Source of the DNA: a virus
Taxonomy: Duplodnaviria > Caudoviricetes
Length of the DNA stretch: 60,371 bases
Strand: one strand, 5' to 3'
IMG/VR virus record: IMGVR_UViG_3300021086_000002
Span: 1 to 60,371 of that record
The notes under the pieces were generated by a model. That model did no database searches. It was not told the DNA's origin and saw only the letters and a program-made list of their open reading frames with translations. The position numbers and the translations under genes were made by a program. Positions 8,364 to 18,403 of the stretch are shown in pieces; the first letter of the stretch is position 1, and each line of letters opens with the position of its first letter.

Positions 8364-8783
8364 ATGTCGAGCATCATGGAGCTGACGGACGGCTTCCCCG
8401 TCGCCGCTATCTCCGCCGTCACCGACGCGGCCACGGACGGTGTCAATGCGTCGTTCTCGCCGGTCATGCCGATTAAGGGGTCCATCGTCAAGGTGGTCTT
8501 CATCCCGTCGACGGTCATCACCGCGAACGGCACCAACTTCCGGACCCTGACCGTGCGGAACAAGGGCACCAATGGGCTTGCTGGCACGACGGCGGTTGCT
8601 TCCCGTTCGTGGGCGGCGACCAATTCGGCGTCGAGTACACCGGAGGTCTTCACCCTGAACGGCGCGCTGGCCAACCTTCAGGTGCAGGCCGGTGACGTGC
8701 TGGACTTGAACCAGGGGCACTCCGGCACCGGCCTGATCATTCCGGCCGGAGCGTACGTCATCTACGTCGCACCGCACCTGTAG
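8364..8783 (+). CDS. Virion structural protein (possible capsid decoration protein)
   Basis: Beta-rich and Ala/Thr-rich; lies between the two capsid genes. Confidence 0.55.
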   Translation: MSSIMELTDGFPVAAISAVTDAATDGVNASFSPVMPIKGSIVKVVFIPSTVITANGTNFRTLTVRNKGTNGLAGTTAVASRSWAATNSASSTPEVFTLNGALANLQVQAGDVLDLNQGHSGTGLIIPAGAYVIYVAPHL

Positions 8784-8791
8784 GGGGAAGC

Positions 8792-9739
8792 GTGGCTCAG
8801 CCGCCGCTCGTCATCGACCCGCTGTCGCCGCTTGCGGTACCCCCGGGTCTGTTTGGCGTGGCTACGGGGCTCGACCTGCCGGACCACGGTGCGAACGCGG
8901 GCATGATCTGGGTTCCGGACACCTGTGGAGTGGGCGAGAAGTACGCCGCGCCCTGCGCCACTCCGCCGTACCCGGCGTTCGCGGCCGACGCGATGGAGAA
9001 GCTGGCCCAGGCATGGCCGTTCATCGTGTACGCGACGGTAAACGTCGGTGCCGCCGGCTGGACCGAGCAGGAGATCGAGCGGCGCGCCCGGCAGCGGCTG
9101 ATCAACACGGAGCAGGTTGTTGCCGAGACCGCGCTCTGGGGAACCTCCGCGCTGACCATCTTCCAGAACGTCGTCCCGGTGGTCGCCGGCACCGTGCCGC
9201 CGGCCGCCGCTGCCTCTCCGGGTGTCACCGGCGGTATCTTCCAACAGCTCGCCGCCGGAGGTGCGGCGGCCGGCTTCGTGGATCTGACGGCGGAAACCGC
9301 ACTGACGGTACCGGACGCGGTGGCCGCGTTGGAGCAGGCGGCGGCCGACAACTACTACGGTCAGGCGATCATCCACGCACGCCCCCGGATCGCGGCCTAT
9401 GCCGGCAAGGGTAACCAGTTCCGGGTGATCGGCCTACCGCCGGAGAGCCAGCGGACCTACCAGTACACCCAGAACTGGAACGTCTGGAATTTCGGCAACG
9501 GCTACGCCGGCACCGGTCCGACCGGACAGGCCCCGACCCTCACGCCCGGCGACGGCACCGGAACCGAGTACATGTGGGCAACCGGGCGGATCATCGTCTG
9601 GCGCAGCCCGGATGCCTTCTACGTTCCGTCGGCGCAGGTGTTCGACCGGCAACTGAACCAGCGGATCGCGTACGCGTTCCGGCAGTACGTGGTCGGCGTG
9701 GAGTGCTTCTCCGCGTGCGTCAAGGTGACCCGAGCGTAA
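8792..9739 (+). CDS. Second capsid protein (pentamer type)
   Basis: PPGLFGVA...PFIVYA...AGTGP...WATG...NQRIAYA pattern and synteny with Rosebush-like phages. Confidence 0.7.
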   Translation: MAQPPLVIDPLSPLAVPPGLFGVATGLDLPDHGANAGMIWVPDTCGVGEKYAAPCATPPYPAFAADAMEKLAQAWPFIVYATVNVGAAGWTEQEIERRARQRLINTEQVVAETALWGTSALTIFQNVVPVVAGTVPPAAAASPGVTGGIFQQLAAGGAAAGFVDLTAETALTVPDAVAALEQAAADNYYGQAIIHARPRIAAYAGKGNQFRVIGLPPESQRTYQYTQNWNVWNFGNGYAGTGPTGQAPTLTPGDGTGTEYMWATGRIIVWRSPDAFYVPSAQVFDRQLNQRIAYAFRQYVVGVECFSACVKVTRA

Positions 9740-9752
9740 CGAGGAGGAGCAG

Positions 9753-10046
9753 ATGGCGGACATCATCCTGGATGAGAGCCGGCCCCACGGCGAGCAGATG
9801 CGCGAGATCTTCGACGCGGCTGGCCCGGATCTGGCGCACACCGTGCACTGGTACCCGCGCCCCAACCAGCCCCACGGCGGCGTGGTGCAGGTCCCGGACC
9901 TGGTGGCCGAAGCGCACACCGCATACCTGCGCGGTGAAGACGGCGTGCGGGGCACCGAGGATGACCGCCCACGCAAGCGCGGCCGGCGGCCGGCGGCCGA
10001 CAAGATCCCAGCGGCCGGTGACGATACCGCCAAGACCCAGGAGTAG
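9753..10046 (+). CDS. Hypothetical protein
   Basis: RBS GAGGAGGAG. Confidence 0.6.
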   Translation: MADIILDESRPHGEQMREIFDAAGPDLAHTVHWYPRPNQPHGGVVQVPDLVAEAHTAYLRGEDGVRGTEDDRPRKRGRRPAADKIPAAGDDTAKTQE

Positions 10047-10052
10047 GACACC

Positions 10053-10730
10053 ATGGCCACCTTCTGTCAGAAGTCGTTCAAGCTGAAGGCGATCCGGGGC
10101 ACGCTGCTCGACACCTGCGGCGGCGTGGTCCACGGTGCATCTTCCACGGTGGTCTCCAAGGGCCTGACCAAGGTCACCCTGACTCCGGTGTACGAAAGTC
10201 CTACCGACTACCTCGTGCGCAACGGAAACGACGAGCTGGAGGTCAACGAGCAGGGAACGCCGCTCCTGCGTTGGTGGCAGGCTGTTGTCGACTTCGTCAA
10301 CGTCGACCCGTACTGGGTGAACATGGCGCTGGGCTGGCCGCTGCTCACCGACGAGTCCGGCAACGTTACCGGCTGGGTCTCCGACGAGGGCGTGACCTCC
10401 TGCTTCGCCCTGGAGGGCTGGCAGGATCTCGCCTCCCAAGCGTGCTCGGTCGGCAGCAAGCTGTACGGGTACCGTCTCATGCCCTGGCTGCTCAACGCCC
10501 AGATCAACGGTGACGTGGTGATGGAGAACGGAGTCACCTCCTTCAGCATCCAGGCGCACACGCACAACGCTTCCCCGTGGGGTGTGGGGCCGTACAACGT
10601 GCGGTTGAACAGCATCAACTCCACCCCGGGGCCGCTGAAGACTGCGATCTCCGCCGTTCGGCACTTCGTGTTCGATACGACCACCCTGGCCCCGCCGACC
10701 GCCCAGTGCGGCGCGATCAACCTGCCGTAA
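10053..10730 (+). CDS. Major tail (tube) protein
   Basis: IRGTLLDTCG...FALEGW...YGYRLMPW...SPWGVGPYNV, cluster B-type tail protein motifs. Confidence 0.75.
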   Translation: MATFCQKSFKLKAIRGTLLDTCGGVVHGASSTVVSKGLTKVTLTPVYESPTDYLVRNGNDELEVNEQGTPLLRWWQAVVDFVNVDPYWVNMALGWPLLTDESGNVTGWVSDEGVTSCFALEGWQDLASQACSVGSKLYGYRLMPWLLNAQINGDVVMENGVTSFSIQAHTHNASPWGVGPYNVRLNSINSTPGPLKTAISAVRHFVFDTTTLAPPTAQCGAINLP

Positions 10731-10743
10731 CGGAGAGGTAGCC

Positions 10744-11262
10744 ATGCCCCAGTCCCTGGACTCCCAACTGATTTCGGTGGCCGTCGCCGCCACGGTGAAC
10801 AACCCGCTGGACTTGCAGAACGTCGCGTCCCCGCTGAACCTGGCCTCCAGCTACGGATGGTCCACGGGCAACGGCGCCGGCCAGGCCGACCGGCTGTTCT
10901 CCGACACCCGCACCATCGCGCCATCCGGCACCGACTCGCTCGACCTGGCCGGCGTGCTGATCGATCCGGTGGGCACCACGCTGGCCCTGGCCCGGGTGAA
11001 GCTGATCCTGATCCGGGCGGCTGCGGCCAACACCAACAATGTGATCGTCGGCGGCGTGGCCAACGGGCTCGCCGCCGGTCCGATCCTGCCGCAGACCACC
11101 GGCCAGGTGGTGGTCCGTCCTGGCGGCCTACTTCTGGTTACCGCGCCGGACGTGACGGCGTATGTGGTTACGGCGGCCACGGGCGATCTGCTTCAGGTGG
11201 CCAACTCCGGCGCCGGCACCTCCGTGACGTACGACGTGGTCCTGATCGGGTCCAGCGTCTGA
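10744..11262 (+). CDS. Virion structural protein
   Basis: TGNGAGQADRLFSD...LDLAG.L.D..G, a common phage virion family. Confidence 0.6.
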   Translation: MPQSLDSQLISVAVAATVNNPLDLQNVASPLNLASSYGWSTGNGAGQADRLFSDTRTIAPSGTDSLDLAGVLIDPVGTTLALARVKLILIRAAAANTNNVIVGGVANGLAAGPILPQTTGQVVVRPGGLLLVTAPDVTAYVVTAATGDLLQVANSGAGTSVTYDVVLIGSSV

Positions 11263-11340
11263 CCAAGATCGGATCAGGGCGTACCGTGCCAGGGGTCGGC
11301 GCGGTACGCCCGCCGGCTATCTGGAGGAGGTGAGTGCGGG

Positions 11341-12171
11341 ATGACGGCCACGAACAACGTCGATGCGCCCTGCGTGGACGGCACCTCCGACCAGCAGTGG
11401 AATCCGGACACCTCGATCGTCCAGAATCCTGCCTGGTCGACTTTCCCGCCGGCCATCCAGAGCTTTGCGCTGAGCGTCGCGGTGCAGGTGCTCTGGGGTG
11501 CGACGGGGCGGAAGTTCAATCTGTGCGACATCACCGTGCGTCCGTGTCTCCAGCAGCAACTCCCGACGTACCTCACCTTCCCGTCCATCTGGAACCCCGG
11601 CGCCGAGGGCGGCCAGTGGGCCTGGGGGCTGGTCGCCGCGCCGGGCGGCACGGAGCTGATCTTCGGCGGCTGTGGATGCGTTAGTGGTCGGTGCAACTGC
11701 ACCCCACCCCAGATGCCCCTCCCTTCGCCGGTCTGGTCGATCACCAACGTGACCATCGACGGCGCCGCGCTGGATCCCACGGCGTACCGGCTCGACGGCA
11801 ACCTGCTCGTACGGCAGGACGGCGGCACCTGGCCCATGAACCAGCAGCTCGGTCTTCCCGCCGGCCAGCCGAACACCTGGACGGTCCGGTACCTTCGGGG
11901 CACGCCAGTGCCCACCCCGGTCAACCAGGCGACCGGCTTCTACGCGGGCGAGCTGGCGAAGTCGATGGTCGGGGGCGCCTGCCAGCTTCCGCAGCGGGTC
12001 CGCACCATCAACCGCCAGGGGGTCTCCGTGGACCTGGCGCTGACGGAGAACTATCTGGACAAGGGGCTCACGGGGGTGCCGTTGGTTGACCAGATCATCC
12101 GCACGTACAACCCGTTCGCCCAGCGGTCTCCGGCGCGGGTGATCTCGCTCGACATGCCTACCTATCGATAG
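11341..12171 (+). CDS. Head-to-tail adaptor
   Basis: LWGATGRKF.C.ITVRPC...CQLPQRV...RQGVS...TG.P.VD...NP. Confidence 0.75.
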   Translation: MTATNNVDAPCVDGTSDQQWNPDTSIVQNPAWSTFPPAIQSFALSVAVQVLWGATGRKFNLCDITVRPCLQQQLPTYLTFPSIWNPGAEGGQWAWGLVAAPGGTELIFGGCGCVSGRCNCTPPQMPLPSPVWSITNVTIDGAALDPTAYRLDGNLLVRQDGGTWPMNQQLGLPAGQPNTWTVRYLRGTPVPTPVNQATGFYAGELAKSMVGGACQLPQRVRTINRQGVSVDLALTENYLDKGLTGVPLVDQIIRTYNPFAQRSPARVISLDMPTYR

Positions 12172-12179
12172 GGGTCGCT

Positions 12180-12809
12180 ATGCAGTGGTACCGTCAGGCC
12201 CCGGGCCGGGCGTTCAACAAGGAGATCGACTTCGACTCCGACGCGCTCACGTTCACGCTGCACACCTCGGCCTACGCGCCCAACCTGGACACTCACGCCA
12301 ACGTCTCCGACCTGACTAACGAGCTGGCCACCGGCTCCGGGTACACCGTGGGAGGCGTTGCGGCCGGCAGCCTGACCCGTACCACCACGGCGGCGAACTC
12401 CTGGTCCACGGCACGGGCGTCTACGACGGCGTACGCGCTGGATGACGTGGTACGGCCGGCGGCGGCCAACGGCTTCCTGTACCGGGCGGCTGTGGCCGGC
12501 ACGACCAGCGGTGGCGTGCTGCCGTACCCCACCGTCGTGGGTACCACTCTGATAGATGGCACCGTGACCTGGGAGTGCGTGGGTAGGGGCATCCTGGTGT
12601 TGGCCTGTGCGAGCCCCTCGTGGGCTGGCGCCTCCTTCACGTTCCGGTACGCGGTGCTCTCCGATCGCAGTACCGGTGTGGCGGCCACGGAGCCCCTGGT
12701 GGGCCTGACCGACTTCGGCTCTGATCAGACTGGGCTGGGCGGGCCATTCACGATCAACGTGTCTCCGAGCGTTCCCGGGCTGGGTGTCCTGTACGTGCCG
12801 ATCCCGTAG
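12180..12809 (+). CDS. Virion protein with an inserted carbohydrate-binding-like module
   Basis: IDFDSD...LHTSAY.P...GSGYTVGG core interrupted by TAYALDDVV...YRA.VAGT...DGTVTWEC. Confidence 0.55.
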   Translation: MQWYRQAPGRAFNKEIDFDSDALTFTLHTSAYAPNLDTHANVSDLTNELATGSGYTVGGVAAGSLTRTTTAANSWSTARASTTAYALDDVVRPAAANGFLYRAAVAGTTSGGVLPYPTVVGTTLIDGTVTWECVGRGILVLACASPSWAGASFTFRYAVLSDRSTGVAATEPLVGLTDFGSDQTGLGGPFTINVSPSVPGLGVLYVPIP

Positions 12810-12821
12810 GACGGGGGAGCT

Positions 12822-14222
12822 GTGTCCTGGCTGTTCCCCGATGACGGGATAGATCGGTTCATCACCATGGCGTCCGGGGCGGCGCCAGTCGACGGTGGCC
12901 CCATCACGATCGTCTTCATGATCAAGCCGATCGGGAACAACGGCGGAATCATCCAGGGCATCCGCACCGGCTCGCCGGTCTACTCCCAGCTTTGGGTCAA
13001 CGGACCGCCGATCCAGTATTTCGGCGAGGGTGACTTCACCGGCGGCACCAACATTGATCTGAACAACTGGCAGGTCGTCGCCTACTCCAAGGCCAACGGC
13101 TCCGCCGCGTTGCGCTGGCACCTCGCCACCAACCTGGCCGGCGTGCCGAGCTGGGTCCACAACACCGGCGGCACCATCGGTGACGGTACCGGCCCCATCG
13201 ACAGCATCACCCTCGGCCTGTCCCACTTCCGCATGGCCGGCTTCATGGCGGCCGGCGCCGTGTTCGGCACCGCGCTAGCCGATCTCGCCGTGGAGGCGCT
13301 GGGTACCACGAGCATGGCCACCTGGATGGCCGCCACCCCTCTCGCGGCCTGGCAGTTCAACCAGGACCCGACCATTGACGTACAGGATCTGACCGGAGGT
13401 GGCGCCAACCAGACCGCGCACGCGGCTACACGGCCGACCCTGTCCGCTGACAACCCTCCCAACTGGACCTATTTCAGTGGCGCTTCCCCGCTGACCCTGC
13501 CGGATGACCCGGGCGCCGTTCGGACGTTCGGTCCCCGGGAAACCGCTACCATCGGGTTGACCCGCCCGGACGCACCAGGCGCTATTCGGGTGTTCGGTCC
13601 CCGAGAAACGGGGACCGCCTCCTTGCCCTCCAGCTTGTCGCTGCCGGATCGACCCGGCGCGGTGCGGGTCTTCGGACCCCGAGAGACGGCCACCAACCGG
13701 CAGACGAAGTCCGATCCGCTGGCCATGCCGGCGGCTCTGGCCGCGCTGACGTGCCTTCAGGCGGAGCTGGCCTTCACCGTGGCGGGAGCCCCGAAGCACT
13801 CTCGGATCACACCAGGTACCGAGGTGGTACCGGCGCTGACGGCCACGATTGACGAGTGCTGCGAGGGTATCGCCTCTGTGCGGGTGGAGCGGATCTTCCC
13901 GTCGGAGCGCTTCCCGGAACCGGACCTGCGAACACGAACCGAGGGTGCCCCGATCAGTTGGGCGGTCGTGCTGGAGCTGATGGTGGTGCGGTGCAGCGTG
14001 CAACCGGGGTTCGGGATGGCGCCGACGGACGCCGCGCTCACCAATGAGGCACAGGTCCAGATGGACGACATGGCCGCGATGCGCAGGGTGGCATGCTGCC
14101 TGGAGCTGGCCGGCGTGGTCTTCGACTACGTGGTGGGCGACGGTGCGCCGGTTCAGGCCGAGGGTGGTTGCATGGGCGGTACCCTCCAGTTGACTGTTCA
14201 GGTCGACTGCGCGGAGTGCTGA
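12822..14222 (+). CDS. LamG/ConA-like domain plus repeat linker fused to a tail-completion (terminator-like) domain
   Basis: N-terminal beta sandwich, three PDxPGA(V/I)R(T/V)FGPRET repeats, C-terminal DPLAMP...CL...CCEG...VVRC...EGGCMGG. Confidence 0.55.
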   Translation: MSWLFPDDGIDRFITMASGAAPVDGGPITIVFMIKPIGNNGGIIQGIRTGSPVYSQLWVNGPPIQYFGEGDFTGGTNIDLNNWQVVAYSKANGSAALRWHLATNLAGVPSWVHNTGGTIGDGTGPIDSITLGLSHFRMAGFMAAGAVFGTALADLAVEALGTTSMATWMAATPLAAWQFNQDPTIDVQDLTGGGANQTAHAATRPTLSADNPPNWTYFSGASPLTLPDDPGAVRTFGPRETATIGLTRPDAPGAIRVFGPRETGTASLPSSLSLPDRPGAVRVFGPRETATNRQTKSDPLAMPAALAALTCLQAELAFTVAGAPKHSRITPGTEVVPALTATIDECCEGIASVRVERIFPSERFPEPDLRTRTEGAPISWAVVLELMVVRCSVQPGFGMAPTDAALTNEAQVQMDDMAAMRRVACCLELAGVVFDYVVGDGAPVQAEGGCMGGTLQLTVQVDCAEC

Positions 14223-14232
14223 GGAGGACACG

Positions 14233-14433
14233 ATGCCGCCAGGATCACGGGCTCCGCGAGCCCGAGTTGCGAAGGTCGAGCCGCCCGTGGAGGAGCCGTT
14301 CCGCCGGTACCAGGCGATCGTGTCTCACGACCACCTGATGGCCGGTGATGTGGAGTGTCGGATACCGGACGGTGCCACGAACACGCTGGTGCAACTGGGT
14401 CTCCTGCGTGAGATGGAGACCGAGGAGAGCTGA
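14233..14433 (+). CDS. Small hypothetical protein
   Basis: RBS GAGGAGG. Confidence 0.6.
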   Translation: MPPGSRAPRARVAKVEPPVEEPFRRYQAIVSHDHLMAGDVECRIPDGATNTLVQLGLLREMETEES

Positions 14434-14883
14434 GTGGGTGCGATCAAGCGGGTTCGCATCGAGCTGAATCGTCAGGTGGTCCTGTCGGTCGCGGCCTCGC
14501 ACGCGGCCCCCCACGTCGCCGACACCACACGTAAGGTGCTCAATCGAGCGAGAGTCCTTACCCCAGTGCGCACCGGAACGTTGCGGGCGTCCCTCCGCAT
14601 GGTCATGATGGTCCGCCGAACCTATGTCCAGGGTCGCGTGGAGACCAGTATCAAGTATGCGACGTATGTGCACGAGGGGACCAAGGCGCACAACATCCAG
14701 GCCCGACGCAAGCAGTACCTGAAGTTCCTCGCGGCACCGGGCGAGGTCATCTTCCGGAAGATGGTGCGACACCCCGGCACCAGGGCGCGGCCGTTCCTGC
14801 GCCAGGCCCTGTACGACGAGGCGGTGCCGGCCGGCTTCCGGGTCTCCGGCCAGTACATCGCCTCTTCGTACGGTAGTGACTGA
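14434..14883 (+). CDS. HK97 gp10-like tail completion protein
   Basis: PVRTGTLRAS...YATYVHEGT...HPGTRARPFL. Confidence 0.75.
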   Translation: MGAIKRVRIELNRQVVLSVAASHAAPHVADTTRKVLNRARVLTPVRTGTLRASLRMVMMVRRTYVQGRVETSIKYATYVHEGTKAHNIQARRKQYLKFLAAPGEVIFRKMVRHPGTRARPFLRQALYDEAVPAGFRVSGQYIASSYGSD

Positions 14884-14904
14884 CAAGAGAGTACGATCCG
14901 GCCC

Positions 14905-15318
14905 ATGGCCACAGCGAAGCCCCGGAGTGACGCGCCCGACGAGCGCGAGACCGATGAATTCGAGATCCCCGGCTTCGGGCTGGACCCCGACACAGACGGC
15001 GCGGCGCGTCTGGTGTCCCTGTACAAGCCCAACGAGATGCAGATGAAGACGCTTGCCCGGGTGGGCGAGGTGGCCACCCGAACCGGTGGGACCTGGCGCA
15101 CGATCTCGCTGACCGACCAGATGCTGGCCTCCCTCTTCGTGCGCCCGGAGGACTGGGAGGAGTTCGAGGAGCTGATGGTGGGTGGCAAGGTGAGCCACGA
15201 GGAGTACACCGAGCTGATCTTGGAGATCATGCGTCGCTTCTTCGGCATCGGCGAGCAGGAGGAGGCGCCTCGTACCGGGCCGCGTCCGACCAAGCGGGCC
15301 GCTCGGGCACGGCGGTAG
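14905..15318 (+). CDS. Tail assembly chaperone (G-like)
   Basis: Two genes upstream of the tape measure gene; basic RAARARR end. Confidence 0.65.
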   Translation: MATAKPRSDAPDERETDEFEIPGFGLDPDTDGAARLVSLYKPNEMQMKTLARVGEVATRTGGTWRTISLTDQMLASLFVRPEDWEEFEELMVGGKVSHEEYTELILEIMRRFFGIGEQEEAPRTGPRPTKRAARARR

Positions 15319-15321
15319 CCG

Positions 15322-15873
15322 GTGGACCCGGTCGCCGCGCTGCGGCCGTGGCCGATCGACATAGAGCTGGGCGAGTGGGAGTACACCGTTCCGGCCCGGT
15401 CGGCGGCCGAGTGGCTGGTGGCCGTGCTGGACGAAGACGGCGCTGCCATCGTGCCCGGCCTGTTCAACGAGACGGACCGGGCGGAGGTCTTCGACGCGTA
15501 CGCCGCCGGCCTGGTGGCGTCGGAAGACCTGGCGCGCGCCTCCCGGGATGTCCTGGAGGCGGCGGCCGGACGCCCCTGGTGGGAGGCCGACCGGCTCATC
15601 CGTGGCGCGGCGCACCCAGATGCCTGGGCGGTGGTGTCCGGCGAGCTGGTCGGGCACGGGATCGACCTTGAGCGGATCAGCATCGCGGCGTACTGCAACG
15701 CGGTGTACGCGTTCGCCGTCCGCAACGCCGACGCCGACGCGCGCCAGCGGCTGGACTTCGAGATCCGCCGGTTACCGATCGGAGTAGACCCGGATGAGCT
15801 GTACGACGCTGACGAGGAGGAGCGCCTGCTGATGGCCGATCTGACCGAGTTTGAGGAGTCCCCGGAGGGCTGA
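15322..15873 (+). CDS. Tail assembly chaperone (T-like)
   Basis: GRPWWEADRL motif; in the same frame as the previous gene, after TAG-CCG. Confidence 0.65.
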   Translation: MDPVAALRPWPIDIELGEWEYTVPARSAAEWLVAVLDEDGAAIVPGLFNETDRAEVFDAYAAGLVASEDLARASRDVLEAAAGRPWWEADRLIRGAAHPDAWAVVSGELVGHGIDLERISIAAYCNAVYAFAVRNADADARQRLDFEIRRLPIGVDPDELYDADEEERLLMADLTEFEESPEG

Positions 15874-15910
15874 TCCACCGGGGACTCCAACCGGTTACGC
15901 TGTCGTCGTG

Positions 15911-18403
15911 GTGGCCCTGGGCAAGGCGTATATCGAGGTTCGCGCAGACCTCGCCGCCTTCCCGGCCGACCTGCGGGCCAAGCTGGAGGCCGCCTTCCGT
16001 GAGGTGGGCGCTACGGCGCGGTTCGACGGACTGGACGAGGCGGCTGAACGCGGGGGCAAAGAGGCGGCCGATCACCTCGCGGAAGAGTTCGACAAGGAAA
16101 CCGACAAGAACATGAACGACTCCGGCAAGAAGGCCGGAAGGTCTTTCTTCTCGGGGCTCAAGGGGATCTTCCCGGCGCTCGCCGCAGCGTTCCTGCCGGT
16201 GGTGATCGCGCTCGCCATCGAGATCGCGTCCTACCTGTTGCCCGCCGTGACCGCACTCGCCGCCGCACTGCCGGCTGCGCTGAGTACAGGCATCGCTGGC
16301 ATGGTGGCGTTGAAGCTGGCCACCCACGGCGTGGGTGACGCCATCAAGGCGGCGTTCTCGGGGGATCCGGCGAAGCTTCAAACGGCGCTGGCCGGGCTCG
16401 CTCCGTCCGCCCGGGATTTCGTGATGGAGATCAGCAAGGCGCGACCAGCCCTGCATGACCTTCAGCAGTTCGTCCAGCAGGTGTTCTTCAACCAGCTTGA
16501 GGGCGACATCACGATGTTGGTGCGCACCCTCCTGCCGACGATGCGTGCCGGGCTGGTTGGCGTGGCGGTGGACATCGGCAAGATCGGTGATCAGGTGCTG
16601 CGCGCGTTCGTGACGCATCGAGCCGACATTCAGTCGATCTTCCTGGGCGCGCATGCCGCGCTGGCTCCGCTGATTCCTGCGTTCGGCAACTTCGTCAAGA
16701 TGTTCTTGACGCTGGCGGCCGTGGGCGGCCCGTTCGTCGCCGCACTCAGCCAGGGCTTCGCCAAGATGCTGACCAACTTCTCCAACTTCATCCAGTATCA
16801 GGCCAGTACCGGCGGCCTTGCGTCATTCTTCAGTACGGCACTGGTCATCCTTCAGCAGGTCGGCGGCCTCCTGCACAACGCGCTGTACCTGGTCACCTCG
16901 ATCACGAACGCCCTGGCGGCCACGGGCGGCCAGGGCCTGGGGATGCTCGGCGAGCTGCTCGGAATGCTGGGCGACTTCTTCTCCTCGCCGGCCGGGAAGG
17001 GCGCGCTTGTCGCGGTCTTCCACCTGATGAACGTCGTCCTTGCCGCGCTGGGCAAGATCCTGGCCCCGCTGCTTCCGGCGATCGGGCTGCTCGCCTCCAC
17101 GCTCGGCGACCAGCTTTCCCGGAGTGTGGTCGCGCTGACCCCGTTCCTGGTCGAGCTGGCCCAGGCGGCGGCTCAGGTCCTCATTGCGTTCACGCCGCTG
17201 CTCGTGGTGGTTGGCCAGCTCATCGTGGCACTGGCGCCGATCCTCACCTTCCTGGCCTCGAACCCGAAGCTGGTAGCGGATGCCGTTCTGGCCTGGTTCG
17301 CGTACCGTACCGCGATACAGGCGGCCACCCTGGCTCAGCTCTGGTTTGACGCGGCGGCTGACGCCAACCCGCTGGGCGCTCTCGTGTTGGCCATTGAGGC
17401 GATCATCGCGGTCATCGTGCTGCTGGTCCTGAACTGGCAGACCGTCAGCCGCTGGGGGGTGGCGGCCTGGGATGCGATCAAGGCGGCTGGTGTCGCGGTC
17501 TGGCACTGGATGGAAGGCGCCGGAAAAGCGATCGCGGGGTTCTTCGCCGATATCGGACGCTGGTTCGAGCGGCTCCCGGGCATGATCCTGGGCTTCCTGC
17601 TGGGCCTGCCGTTGATGGTCGTCCACGTGTTCGAAGACATGGTTCAGGGGGTGGCGTACGCGATCGGCTTCGGGATCGGCCTCTGGCTCGCCCTCATGAT
17701 CAAGGTGCCGATGTTGCTCTGGCAGGCACTCGTCGCGCTCCCGGATCTCATCGTCGGCGTGTTCAACACCGTGTCGATCTGGGTGGTCAACTCCATGACC
17801 AGCCTGGGCCTGTGGCTCGGCGAGTTCTTCTCCGCGCTGCCAGGTCGCATCTGGGGGTTCGTCTCCTCCATTCCGGGCCTGCTTCGGGACGCGTTCGTGA
17901 CCGCGTTCCACTGGGCACAGAAGGCGGTCGAAGACGGCGGTCAGCGCATCCTGGACTTCGCCCGGGGGCTGCCCGGCCGGCTGGCCGGCTTCTTCTCCAA
18001 CGTCGGTCACGACATCCTCAGCGGCCTGAAGGACGGCATCAACGGCGTGATCCGGTCCTTCAACTCCGGGATCGACAAGGCCGGCGGCTTCCTGCACATC
18101 GGGCTGCCGCACATCCCGCAACTCGCCCGAGGGGAGATCGTGGACTCGCCCACTCTGGCCATGATCGGTGAGGCCGGTCGTGAGGTGGTCATTCCGACCA
18201 CCGACCCGGTCCGCGCCCGCCAGCTCGCCGATCAGTCCGGCCTGACCCAGCTCCTCTCTGTCGGCGCCCCGGCGGTGAACGTCAACGTCACCGCGATCCT
18301 GGGCACCGGTGAAATCCTACGGGTGATGGACCAGCGGGTGGAGCTGAAGATGGGCCAGGAAGCGGCGGCCCTGGCCGGCGGCCAGCGGACCGGGGGGTTC
18401 TGA
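15911..18403 (+). CDS. Tape measure protein
   Basis: MALGKAYIEVRAD start, long Ala/Leu amphipathic repeats, ANPLG, C-terminal LARG.IV..PTLAMIGEAG.E. Confidence 0.9.
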   Translation: MALGKAYIEVRADLAAFPADLRAKLEAAFREVGATARFDGLDEAAERGGKEAADHLAEEFDKETDKNMNDSGKKAGRSFFSGLKGIFPALAAAFLPVVIALAIEIASYLLPAVTALAAALPAALSTGIAGMVALKLATHGVGDAIKAAFSGDPAKLQTALAGLAPSARDFVMEISKARPALHDLQQFVQQVFFNQLEGDITMLVRTLLPTMRAGLVGVAVDIGKIGDQVLRAFVTHRADIQSIFLGAHAALAPLIPAFGNFVKMFLTLAAVGGPFVAALSQGFAKMLTNFSNFIQYQASTGGLASFFSTALVILQQVGGLLHNALYLVTSITNALAATGGQGLGMLGELLGMLGDFFSSPAGKGALVAVFHLMNVVLAALGKILAPLLPAIGLLASTLGDQLSRSVVALTPFLVELAQAAAQVLIAFTPLLVVVGQLIVALAPILTFLASNPKLVADAVLAWFAYRTAIQAATLAQLWFDAAADANPLGALVLAIEAIIAVIVLLVLNWQTVSRWGVAAWDAIKAAGVAVWHWMEGAGKAIAGFFADIGRWFERLPGMILGFLLGLPLMVVHVFEDMVQGVAYAIGFGIGLWLALMIKVPMLLWQALVALPDLIVGVFNTVSIWVVNSMTSLGLWLGEFFSALPGRIWGFVSSIPGLLRDAFVTAFHWAQKAVEDGGQRILDFARGLPGRLAGFFSNVGHDILSGLKDGINGVIRSFNSGIDKAGGFLHIGLPHIPQLARGEIVDSPTLAMIGEAGREVVIPTTDPVRARQLADQSGLTQLLSVGAPAVNVNVTAILGTGEILRVMDQRVELKMGQEAAALAGGQRTGGF

